Origin: Eledone cirrhosa | Lineage: Eukaryota | Assembly: GCA_964016885.1 (NCBI GenBank) | Contig: OZ024751.1 | Coordinates: 49,290,001 to 49,354,000 of the forward strand | Length of the DNA stretch: 64,000 bases | Direction of reading: 5' to 3' | Part shown: one piece after another, positions 43,130 to 56,909 of the stretch | Numbering within the stretch: position 1 is the stretch's first letter | How the letters are laid out: each line of letters begins with the position of its first letter | Notes under the pieces: model-generated | The model's database searches: none | The model's input: the letters and a program-made list of their open reading frames with translations, nothing else | What the model was told of the DNA's origin: nothing | Translations under genes and position numbers: made by a program

Positions 43130-44154
43130 AGAGAGAGAAATATGCGTGTGTAGAGGGGCAACGGAGGGGGGTCTGTGATGGGAGTTTTGTAAAGGAACCA
43201 GAATGGAAATGTCTAAAATTGATATCTAACTACCTAAACATTACAATAAACAAAAGCCAGAGAAGATGGCGTAGGAATGATTTACGACTCCCTATATTTT
43301 GAAGAAGCAAGGACAATTTACGTCTCTCTCTCACTCTCTTTCTCTCTCTCTCTCTGCCGCCGCCTGTCTCCTGCATATATATATATATATATATATGGGC
43401 TGGTTGTGAAAATATTTATGAATATATTTATATATATATAATGAGTGTATAAATATAAACAGAGACTACTACATGCCTGTTACTCTGGCTGTCATATATA
43501 TGTAAGCGTACACAAAAGACGTGTATGTATACGTGTGTTGTGTGTGTATATATGTTGGGCTATGTGTATGTAAAGACCGCGTCGTGTGAATCTCTCTAAA
43601 TACATAGTTCCTAGTTTTACCTCTCATTATTTCTTACACTGAAAGTTGAATTAAAGCCTATAATACGACACAACCATACACTATGTGATAAATCAAACAT
43701 CATCGATTGAAAGCACTGTATACATACATAAATACATACATATTTACTCATGCATGCACACACATACACACTTACCTATATATATATATATATATATACA
43801 TACATACAAGCATATGCATTATTTATACGTGTCTGTGGCTGCATTTTTGTCTACACTAGTGTAAACCGAAGTTATTGTTTAGGTCCCCTACTCTTTATGT
43901 ATGTAGACTAGCGGTTCAACAAACTGGGTTTGATAAAGTGTGTACCAGGCTTAAAGAAATAGTGTGAAACAAAAAATTAAGAGAAGAGATCTGCACAATG
44001 TTAGTTACGTTCGTCTAATGTGTCATTTAATTTCTTCATGTTTTAAATAAGGCCTTTTGTGTAACATTGGGTAGACTGAAACTGTATGGAAGCCCATCCT
44101 ATGGACTATATTTGTAATTCAAAGAAAAGTCTTTGTCACATAGTGTATTATGCT

Positions 44155-44211
<57 letters not shown>

Positions 44212-44515
44212 AAGTGTGAATGTGTCTGTATAATGCACAGTCACTTACACGTTAATTTCCTGCAAAGGCTTTTACATAGAAAAATAAAAAAAAGAACTGG
44301 AAAAAATATCTGTGGACTATCGTAGAAATGAACCCCAGCCAAATAATTATATTGAACAAACTCTAAAATCGAAGGAAAATAAAAATAAAAATAACTCACA
44401 CACGAGAAAAAGGAAAATGTTATTTGATTTGCAGTGTGGCATATTGTTTTTGTCTGAGTTGAAACCATAGATTGTTTGTTATTGAAATACGTAAACGATT
44501 GTAAAAATCGATATA

Positions 44516-44660
<145 letters not shown>

Positions 44661-44670
44661 GTGTGTGTGT

Positions 44671-44742
<72 letters not shown>

Positions 44743-45045
44743 ATATATGTATATATATGTATATATATATATTTCATAAGGAAAGTATATACTTTCGAAC
44801 GTTCAACTATCTGGCAGATGGGTATACGGTGCTGATGATAGCTAACAAGCTTGAAACTAGTACATCGTTCCTGTGTCAGTGTTGAACAAAAAGGTGACGT
44901 GGTTGCCCTAACACCGTGCGGCATAAATTCAGGCTGTTCAGTTTGTTTACAAACGAACAAAGCGGGCGCTATAATAAGCGTCCGCTAAACTGATGCGTAC
45001 ATATATGTATGTGTACCTGTATGTATATGTGTATATATATGTATA

Positions 45046-45103
<58 letters not shown>

Positions 45104-45160
45104 TATGCATGCTACTGTACGTCTGTATACATATATGTATGTACGTATACATACATACTT

Positions 45161-45220
<60 letters not shown>

Positions 45221-45270
45221 TATGTATGTATATATTTATATATAAAATCAGAATTTTATTTCTCGCCCGA

Positions 45271-45311
<41 letters not shown>

Positions 45312-45633
45312 CATAATTTCCTCTGACTTCTAACCGTGATTATTTTTACGTCTAAATCTAAGCATATAACCAATAAGCCACTAGTTTAACCATTCTTATT
45401 TTGAAGATTCTGACGTGAATGCATCGAAAGTTTATTTAAAACATGGATTTAGAAACAGTACTTTTCTAAACCATGCATAGAGAACTCTGAAGAAAATATT
45501 ACATAAGCGAAGCAGTGTTTTTCATTTAATATGCTTGAAGAAAATCCTGTCTCATATATATATATATATATTTATATATTTATACATATATGTGCGGACA
45601 CACACATACATTCACTTACAGACTTAATCCCCA

Positions 45634-45673
<40 letters not shown>

Positions 45674-45684
45674 CTAAAGTCTCG

Positions 45685-45950
45685 CTTAAGCCAGAAGGTT
45701 ATTTGGCCGGTGCTTATCTCGTTTTCATGGCATGAAGCGACTGAGAGTACAAGACTCCCTCCTGGACAGGACGCCAGTCCATCGCAGGTTTAAACCTCCA
45801 GCTATTGCTGGTACTCATTTTCAGCTGAGTATACTGGAGCAACGTAAAATGAAGTGTTTTGCTCAAGAACACAACGCGCAACCCAGGAATCGAACCCACG
45901 ACATTATGATCGTAAGTCCACCACTCTTACCACAAGGCCACGTGCCTCCA
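45685..45950 (-). mobile_element. tRNA/CORE-like SINE (family 2)
   Basis: Reverse complement has the head tggccttgtggtaag, B box gggttcgattcc, core ttgagcaaaacacttc and tail ggactggcgtcctgtccagg. Confidence 0.88.
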
Positions 45951-46201
45951 CTATATACAAGTCACCTTACAGAATTTGACTTACAAGTTATTTTGTTAAA
46001 GGTGTGAGCAGATATAAATGAAAAATTGGAATTTACAAACATTAAAATTGTTAATAGTAGCAAAGGAAAAACAGCATGAAATCATTTACAAAAAACATCA
46101 CTAACTAAACCACCACACTTAACAGAAACATCGAGAACAATTTCATCTAAGATAATTACACGTTGTATGTATGTATGTATGTATGTATGTATGTATGTAT
46201 A

Positions 46202-46289
<88 letters not shown>

Positions 46290-47528
46290 TATATATATAA
46301 AGCAATTGTTTATTTCTATATATATATTTTGCAATTGTTCTCAAAAATATTAACAATGCCCAGAAAACAGTACATTGGTTTTTATAATGAAATATATTAT
46401 TAGAAAGATCATTAAAAATATTTTGCCTTTAGTTATCTAAGTACTAATTAAGGAACGATAAATTATAAAGATATCATTTTATTTTATGTTTTTCCTTGCT
46501 TCCCTTCTATTTTCCATGTTCTTTAAAGTAATAATTACAAGTTAAATGGCTTCTAAATTTGTAAATAAAAATATATATAAATTCGGAATCTTACTCTTAT
46601 GGAACCTTCTATATCCCCCCCCCCCCCCCCCCCCACATCAGCCAAGAAGGAGAACGGTACGTGATTGTTCGTGGTTTTTAAGAAATAAAAACAAAATCTC
46701 ACTACAATATTTTCCTATTGTATTAAAAGTGGAATGACGACTGGATGAAAATACCAACATAATCTTGATAGTAATTAAAAAACAAATTGGTTTTTGTCTC
46801 TAAGATGCTTATACCTACGTGAATCTTTGTGGCATTGTTTCAAAGTAAACAATACCTATGGTTTCGGCTAATCACAGGGATACTGTAAGCATTGAGGGTT
46901 TATGCTATCTATCGCCTTTAAAGAGATATTGTGTTCCCATTTATTATCAGGTCATAGGAAAAGGCTAGGAACACACCTTTAAAAGGTGACATACAAATAC
47001 AGTTAGTAACGAGATATCATTTCCAATAATAACCAAAGTGTTCTTGAAAAAGCAGTTCATAGTATAATCAAAGTGCTTATACTTATAAAACACAATTCAT
47101 CAAGGAAATCAGGGACAAGCCATCATCCAACAACATTTTGGTGGATGAAAGCAAATTGATTATAAGTAAACAACATTGAAGGCGGTCAATCGGCAATCGT
47201 TTGAGCATTGGATTAAAATATCAATTGTTTATTCCAGCTCTCAGCGCTGTGGAAGAAAACCCTGCTGATGTCAAACTAGTATTTCATCCTTTCGGTGTTC
47301 AAGCGGGGTAGACTGACGGATTTCTTACAACATGGAATTAAATATTTTATTATATTTCTTCTGGGTCTTTGTCTTCTAAGTTCAACTTTAACAATATGTG
47401 TCGACATGTAAAGCAATAGTGGCCCACCATCTTTATAAAAATAATATCTTGCAAATATAAAAGTAGTTATAGTAAGAAAAAAAGAATAACACAGTAGGAA
47501 TCTTGAATATATATATTATATATATTGA

Positions 47529-47605
<77 letters not shown>

Positions 47606-47924
47606 TAAGGAACAAGGGGCTGTGTGGTTACTTGATAAAGTATATACGTATGTATATATATATTGAGATAGAGAGTGAGTGAGGGAGGGAAAGAGAGGTA
47701 ATTTGTACTTAGATTCAAATGGCTTAATCTAAAACTGAGGTACCTCCGCTACCTCACGCCATTGCCCTTTCTTCCTTATCTCACTACTCTAACAATCTGT
47801 CTCTTTTCATCCTCTCGTAATCTTTCTTTCGTGCCTCTGTCAAATCACTTTCATTTAGATCTATATACAAACGTATCATAATAATTACGTTCAATATCAT
47901 CTTACGCGCACACACACATACACC

Positions 47925-48033
<109 letters not shown>

Positions 48034-48117
48034 GTATATATATATATGTATATATGTGTATATATATATATATATATACATACAAATATACATATATACA
48101 TATATATATATATACAT

Positions 48118-48198
<81 letters not shown>

Positions 48199-48219
48199 CA
48201 AATATATATATATGTATGT

Positions 48220-48273
<54 letters not shown>

Positions 48274-48764
48274 GGGGGAGGGAGAGAGAGCTTGAGATGA
48301 ACATAAACTGTTAGAGATAGTTATGAAGCTAAAACAACAGACGTATAAAATATATGAGAATATATAAAGAAAGGAAACTGTCTCAGTATCCATTACTATA
48401 CCATTACCAACCAACAATACCGCCATCATGTCCAACACCACGCTAACAACAAATATAAAACGAGAGACTAGAAAATCAACAACAGCAACAATAACAACAG
48501 CAACAATAGCAACACATACAATAACAACAGCAACAATAACAACAGCATCAACAATAAATATTTCCAATACCATTGATTTCCTACTTCGCCGATTTGGCAA
48601 ACATTACGTAAATAAGAGACGTTTAATTGGTGAGTTGTGTACATGATTGTCTTTGTGTGAATATGTATATACATATATATGTGTGTGTGTGTCTATGTGT
48701 ATATGTGTGTGTGTGTGTTTGTGTGAGTATGGATATATAGATATATATTTGTGTGTGTTTTTGT

Positions 48765-48807
<43 letters not shown>

Positions 48808-48908
48808 AATCGGTATATGTATTTATCTGATCGTGTGTACATTTGCATATATGTTCGTGCGTGTATGTGTACATATACATAATTATGACTTCGTGTGCGT
48901 ATGTGTGC

Positions 48909-48942
<34 letters not shown>

Positions 48943-48943
48943 G

Positions 48944-49013
<70 letters not shown>

Positions 49014-49108
49014 TGTGTGTGCGTACCAAAGTATATATTTATGTTTCTCCGTTTGTGCGTGTTTGTTTACGTATATATGCATACCAACACAATGTATATA
49101 CTTATAAT

Positions 49109-49163
<55 letters not shown>

Positions 49164-49231
49164 TACATATATATATACATATATATATATACATATATAT
49201 ATACATATATATATACATATATATAGAGACA

Positions 49232-49269
<38 letters not shown>

Positions 49270-49634
49270 TAAATATATATATACACATATATATATATAT
49301 ACATATATTTATATATAGATATATGTATATATCTATACATATATAAACAATTATATTATATTATATATTATTATGAATATATATGAATCGATCTGCGTAT
49401 ATTAGTATACCTGTTTATCCGTGTACGTGTGCATAGATATGTGAATGTATGTGTGTATATAAGTTAATCTGTTCTGATGTGCTTATTTAAAGAATGTCTG
49501 TGTGTGTAAGAGCATTGTATGGAAAATATCAAATGTTATCATCATTGCTATGTCTTCATGGCCGTTGAATACTGTTGAGAATTTACCATAGCATAACAGA
49601 ACAATTTCTATATTACCATTTTTATCCTTCCGGT

Positions 49635-49683
<49 letters not shown>

Positions 49684-49685
49684 CA

Positions 49686-49755
<70 letters not shown>

Positions 49756-49830
49756 ATATATATATATGTATGTATATATACATCTCTCTCTCTCTGTCGT
49801 TCTCTCACTCTCTCTTTGTACACACACAAA

Positions 49831-50126
<296 letters not shown>

Positions 50127-50315
50127 ATCTGTGTGTGTAATAGTCTCTATTATTTGAGGATTGTCTGATACCGGTGTGTTAACATAGCAAGGAACCGGAA
50201 ATCGATGCAGTAATATGCCAAACAATGTAATAAAATAAATAAACAAAAGGAAACCACATATATACAATCACACACACACACTTATATATAGGGGGGTGTT
50301 TATTTTTTCTATATG

Positions 50316-50365
<50 letters not shown>

Positions 50366-50571
50366 CCATTGTAGATGAATGTAAAATTGCAAAGAAAATC
50401 AATAGATACAAAATATGGTAAATTTTAGTTCGATAAACGATGTGCTTCCACTTAACAAGTGTATATATGTATATATATATATATCTGTGTGTATGCATAT
50501 ATGTATATTATATGAATATATATATGTAATTGTTGTACATGTATATATATATGTGGCTGTATATATATATA

Positions 50572-50608
<37 letters not shown>

Positions 50609-50622
50609 TTATATATACATAT

Positions 50623-50689
<67 letters not shown>

Positions 50690-51124
50690 GCCTAATAAAG
50701 AAGAGAAATCACAAATAAAAGATATATGAATAAAGAAAGCAAGGAAGATAAATAAAGAATTATAGTGGGAGAGATAATATGATAATATAGAAGGAAAACA
50801 AAAGAAAAGAAGCAGAGAAGAGTAACTGGGTGAACTATATCATCAAAGTTCGCTAAAGAATTGAATGATGTTTAAATGTGGCGGGGAATTCCACTTTTGT
50901 AGCATCTTGAAATTCTTTAACCACTTGTCTTTTCAACGTTGTTACAGGAGATTTAGCAATAGCTATTGAGATATCTGTCGGCATAATGCGATGAACAATC
51001 ACCGAGACTGTAAGAAAAGTACTTCGCAAACTCAGATCGTGTGTTCGTTCCTCATGCGAGGCACCCTTGATATGCACCATGCGCTATAGATTTTGCTCGT
51101 ATTTGGTATTAACATGTGTGCATT

Positions 51125-51311
51125 GTGGATTGGCAGTGTGGATAGAGTGTCAGACGCCATGCTTTGTAGCAAAGAGTTACGGCCCTTTATGGTCTGAGTT
51201 CAAATCCCGCCGAGGTTAAACTTTGCCTTTCATCCTTACGGGGTCGATAAAATAAAGTGCCAGTAAAACACTGGGATAATTCCTGCCCATATGGCAAAAG
51301 TAGAAACAATT
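51125..51311 (+). mobile_element. tRNA-derived SINE, family 1
   Basis: Family consensus with B box gagttcaaatccc. Confidence 0.88.
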
Positions 51312-51840
51312 ATTTTGTTAGTATAATAGTATATTATGTATGGTTACCAGTAATTGATAGTACGTTAGTGAATACACCTATGGCAAAGGTTATCAAATTC
51401 CGACAGAATGTCACTTTGGCATTCTAAAATTCCACCTTTGTCCGTAGGCGCAAGTAGTTTAATTATTTGATAGCAATACGTATATACATATATATACATA
51501 TATTCAGAGTTGGTAGAATGTACAATGATAAAGTTAATAGTTTTAGGCATTAATTTTTGTGATCAGATACCAATGCCTTCTCAGAATTGATAGAGGGAAA
51601 CATCTTGGGTTTGAGATCTAAAGAGGGGAAGGTTAATACCAGCACTTGCATGGTACATTCTTTATCGACCTGAAGGACTAAAAGGCAAAGTTTATCTAGG
51701 TGGGATTTGAACTCAGAATGCAGCGAGCCGGAGAGAATATACAATGCTATAACTAATAGCTTAGTGATGTAATACATATCTGTATTGCATATGTGTATAT
51801 ATATACATATATACATAATTATATATATATATATATATAT

Positions 51841-52052
51841 AGGAAAAAGTATGACCCCGACGGCAGAGCTCAAGCCGTTTCGACGGCTATTTCTGAACTA
51901 AAAATTCTAATTTAGTCCAGAAATAGCAGTCGAAACGGCTTGAGCTCTGCCGTCGGGGTCATATTTTTTCCTATTTCCCACTCTACTACCCTAAGTATTG
52001 AGTACTCTGGTGCGTTATGATCCATCTGGTTCCTTACCACAATTCCTTTGTT
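51841..52052. mobile_element. Penelope pLTR-like foldback with truncated hammerhead halves
   Basis: Near-perfect hairpin at 51841-51973 (arms ~60 bp) containing gtcGAAACGGcttgagctctgCCGTC; same family as 19735-19925. Confidence 0.72.
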
Positions 52053-52450
52053 ATATATATATAAATTTTAGTATAGCATTAACGAAGCTTTAGTTCGCGG
52101 CCAAGATAACGAATGCAAATTTTGTCTGTAGCTTTAGCACTCGGATGGGGAAAAGTACCCCAGAGCGATAACAATAAGTTTAGACAGCTTAGCAAATCAA
52201 ATATAGCGATCGGCAGTCCAGCCGCATCACCAGAGCAACGAAAACACAGGACTCAGGAAAAGATTTTAGACAAACCTGGACAAAACGGTGAGACTGAATG
52301 CAAAATATATATATATATATATATTAGGGTAAACATTGATGCAATTCAATTCAAGCACTCAACGTACTTTTTCCACATAGGAGTGACGGAGTAAATATCG
52401 AATAAGTAAAAGCGAAGTAGTTTCAGATGTTCAAGTCCTTTAATAATAAT

Positions 52451-52524
52451 GCTGTGATATATATTTCAATGACGACACTGGCCAAACTGTTCTGTGTGCG
52501 AGTGTCGTGACATCATCAGACAGC
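52451..52524 (-). ncRNA. Type I hammerhead ribozyme motif (left arm)
   Basis: Reverse complement of the 52745-52818 motif with one substitution in the stem II insertion. Confidence 0.78.
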
Positions 52525-52744
52525 TTGTTACATAATAAGGTTGTTTCCGAGGCAATCCAAATTGAATCGACATGGGAACGGATGAAGTTCGTGTTTTGGA
52601 TTTTTCATCCGTTCCCTTGTCCAAGGGTTTTTCATCCGTTCCCTTGTCCAAAGGAACGGATGAAAAACCCAAAAGCACGAACTTCATCCGTTCCCATGTC
52701 GATTCAATTTGGATTGCCTCGGAAACAACCTTATTATATAACAA

Positions 52745-52818
52745 GCTGTCTGATGATGTCACGACACTCGCACACAGAACAGTGTGGCCAGTGTCGTCAT
52801 TGAAATATATATCACAGC
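52745..52818 (+). ncRNA. Type I hammerhead ribozyme motif (right arm)
   Basis: gctgt-CTGATGA-tgtc acgacact...agtgtcgt catt-GAAATATATATC-acagc: 5-bp stem I, extended stem II, palindromic minimal stem III and AUC triplet. Confidence 0.8.
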
Positions 52819-52865
52819 ATTATTATTAAAGGACTTGAACATCTGAAACTACTTCACTTTTACTT

Positions 52866-52922
<57 letters not shown>

Positions 52923-53178
52923 CAAGCAGCATGCCTAGAAATATTTATTGAATAAATCAAAGTCGATAAATTAATAAGATGCCTTCCAATAAAGATACTG
53001 TTCGATTTGTTTCCACGGAATAATGAAGACTTAAAACTTGAGAATAGAGTAATGAGATGAAATAGAAAACACCGGGAGCAGAAAAATAAACGGAATTCAA
53101 TATTATTATTATATTGGACTTGTAACATTAAGGACATCACTAGAAACAAAGAAACTAAGAACTCCTGCACATATATTC

Positions 53179-53266
<88 letters not shown>

Positions 53267-53289
53267 AAATATATATATATATAAATACA

Positions 53290-53500
53290 TACACATATAT
53301 ATATATTTATATAACAATGAAGGTTTGGTAAGATACCAGGTGGACACACCAGAGTCCTCGATAATTAGGGTAGTAGAGTGGGTAATAGGAGAAGAGTCGG
53401 TTGAGCTCCGGCCGTTTCGACAACTAGATCCAATCTGAACTCAATTTGGTTCTAGCTGTCGAAACGGCCGGAGCTCGGCCATCGGGATCCTGACCCTTTT
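53290..53500. mobile_element. Penelope pLTR-like foldback (opposite orientation to 51841)
   Basis: gagctccggccgtttcgaca...tgtcgaaacggccggagctc hairpin, plus the reverse complement of the family tail (ttagggtagtagagtggg). Confidence 0.65.
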
Positions 53501-53565
<65 letters not shown>

Positions 53566-53748
53566 AAAACATGGGTAGAAAGTGGAATACTGCGTGGTTG
53601 CACATGGGTTACATATTATAAAATTAGTCCCTCATCAGTGATTTGCCAACCATCATTGGTATTTCATCGCATTAAAAATCAGATACCTCAGGTTGGTGCG
53701 AGCAATAACTAAAATAAGCTATTGGGACAAGTGAATCGCGTAACGCGA

Positions 53749-53888
<140 letters not shown>

Positions 53889-55047
53889 TTATATATATAT
53901 ATATATATACAGTGTAAGTGTTTATGTATTACGCAAGATGTATATGAAGAGTGTAACGTACCTATAAAGCAGATTCGATGTGACACAGGGTGTGACAAGC
54001 CTAGCCTTACAGGTTGTATATATTTTTGTCACAGTCGTGTTGCTTTAAGTACATGATTGCTTCAATGCAAAAGTTTTGCTTCACCCGGGAATCTACATCC
54101 GATCAGAGACTGGGTGATCTTTATAAAAGAACTTCATAATAGATAATGTAACTGTGCATACATTAGATGAATTCAATAAAGACGCTTTTGATCATAACTC
54201 TTACCTATTAGAGTTTATTTAAACATATGTTACAACATTTGTTTACCATTCAATTTGTTTCTATGAAATATTGATGATGTAACCTTGTCATTATGTTAAT
54301 ATGATCAAATAGAGGAAACCGTAAGCAAGAAATATAAGGAATTCGATATTATTATTACTTAATTGTAATAAGTTATTTAAAAATGCATTTAGAAACAGTA
54401 CAATTGATAGCTCTGCCCTAGTACGATGCCCAGTCATACGTCTGTAACCAGTAGACGAATAAATATGTATTGGTAATAGCGTGAATAGCGCAGCAGACTA
54501 TTTATCTCTACTTTGAGATCACCACGGAATTCTTTCTTCACTAATTTGCAGACTTTGTAATCACCAGAAAGTCACTGTGGCATAATTTGTGAATAACATT
54601 TTTTTTTTGTCATTTAATTAGCAATATTTAATTACGTATTGGCAAGCGCAGAAGTTAAAATAACATTAGGTCTCTGGTTGCTATTCTTGTCTCGACCACA
54701 ATGTTGCGAGTGTGGCCCCAAAACGCTAAACTCTCAAATGACCCATTTGCTACAACTAAGATTAAATACCACAGATTTGCCGACAAAACAATGATGTTAG
54801 CATTGTAACATTAATAATGTGTTGTGTTTGTTGTTGTTTTGGTTGTTGTTGCTGGAGCTGCTACTGCTGCTGCTGCTATTCACAATGGAAGCACCACACA
54901 CAACCAGCATGTAGCGAGACGTATATTATATTTATGCATTTATTTATTCAGTTTAAATGCGTAGAGCTGGTTAGCCATGACAGCCTGGGAAAGGTATTTA
55001 ATTACCATAATCATTAAGAAAGAACAGCAAAGGAAAGAGCGAGAAAG

Positions 55048-55114
<67 letters not shown>

Positions 55115-55722
55115 ACTTCTATGTAAAAATCAAGGACTGCAACAAAGTAGATGATTATTCTTGTTTTTCTGTTGTTGAACCGTTTCGTAGCCTCCGTCGC
55201 AGAGGTTAACAACAATATGGAGAGGCTCTCACTCAACAGTGGTTGGAGAATGGTTGAATTGAAAGGGAAATATAAGATTTAATTGGCATTTGATTACTCT
55301 ATATATCAGGTCAAGCGATCACACAGACGTTACCTCCTTGGTGGATTTTATGAAAATAAGTCATCGTATCTTTCATATATGAAATAATTTCGGGAGATTT
55401 TAATTTATATAAAACTCCATTAAAATGAGTGGTTTTCTTTCATAGGGCCGGAGTTGGTTCTGGTCGGCTATGTGTCAAACGGGTACATGTTAATAGTTAT
55501 TCTGTAATACTGGCTTGCTCTACAAAGCAACTATTAAGTTTTACTGACATGGCAGAATGTTTTAGCATTCACATTAATACATTAGCGCTTTTGTGATCAT
55601 CTGACTTCTCAGAAATAGTAACCAGATCGACCTAAAATCGCACACTTCTTTCATAAAAAAAGCATAGAATAATTACTAATTGCCGCCAGTTCTATACATA
55701 CAAATATGTATTCATATATATT

Positions 55723-55792
<70 letters not shown>

Positions 55793-55819
55793 GTGTGTGT
55801 ATGTGTGTGTGTGTAAGAA

Positions 55820-56500
55820 AGACATGAATGACATCACATGATTTTGTATAGAAAATTTTGAAAGTAGGTTTATAGGTATGAATTTTCACCACGTTTTCGT
55901 AGCTGTCCCAGTGGCTTAGTGGTAGGTATTAGAGACGGTGGAAATCCTGTTCTTTGGTTCAATCCTGGCCAAGAGATACAACTAATCGTTTTCAGTTTTT
56001 GTTTTACATCCTATAGAAAAAAACTGAAAAGGTTTACCGGGAACCCTACTCCCGACCAGGTTCGAACTTCGAACACTGCTGTCTGTGCTTTCTTCAACTA
56101 GGTCGCCGAGACAGCTACAAAAGTATAATGCAAATTAATAATTATAAACCTACTTTCAAAATCGAAGTTTAAAAGTGTGATGTCATTCATGGCATTCCTA
56201 GAGCTATTAGTCATATTTAGGGTCGACTTTGGTAACAACCTAATTATTTGTTAACAACCTAATTATTCCTATGTGTGTTTAACTGTTGAATTAATTAAAT
56301 TAGTTATTTTAACAAACAAATAATTATATATATAGAGAGAGAGAGAACGAGTGTGTGTGGAGGGGGTGTAGGAAATATAGCAACGGCACCACATCATTTT
56401 GTATTGAATATTTTGAAAATAGGTTTATAAGTAAGAATTTTCAGTAGATTTTTGTAACTGTCTCAGTGGCCCAGCGGTAGTTATTAAAGACGGTGAGTTA
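55820..56500. repeat. Diverged inverted-repeat (MITE-like) element 55820-56195 plus a partial third arm at 56385-56497
   Basis: catgaatgacatcaca...ttttgaaagtaggtttata...gtagctgtc versus gacagctac...tataaacctactttcaaaa...tgtgatgtcattcatg. Confidence 0.65.
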
Positions 56501-56514
56501 TTTTAACATACAAA

Positions 56515-56620
<106 letters not shown>

Positions 56621-56909
56621 TTTATGTGTGTGAATGTTTATGTGTGTGTGTGTTTCTGTATGTGTGTGTGTGATCGCACACAGTGACAAACAGCGCATTT
56701 TGCAGTATTAAACATTGTATGAAATCTTTCTTAGGTCAGGTGTGTTTATCAATATTTGTATTAGTGAGTTCATGAGCAGATTTGTGTGTATATGTATGTG
56801 AGTAATTATTTCATGTGGAGGAGAGAGTTCGCCGTATGGCAGATATTACTGCAATAAATTCAAAGTCTCAATATCCGTGCAGACGATCGCTATATATATA
56901 TATATATAT

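Larger units (their letters stand above)
52400..52869. mobile_element. ~470-bp near-perfect palindrome with one hammerhead per arm
   Basis: Arms of ~215 bp are reverse complements, around a central duplication of tttttcatccgttcccttgtccaa. Confidence 0.9.

Noticed and set aside
50830-51120. Possible Helitron PIF1 helicase relic on the minus strand (RMVHIKG...EFAKY...LGD)
   Set aside because: Similarity is too short and frame-broken to support by eye.
52466-52829. Mirror-image 98-aa ORFs on both strands
   Set aside because: A consequence of the DNA palindrome; no recognisable protein motif.
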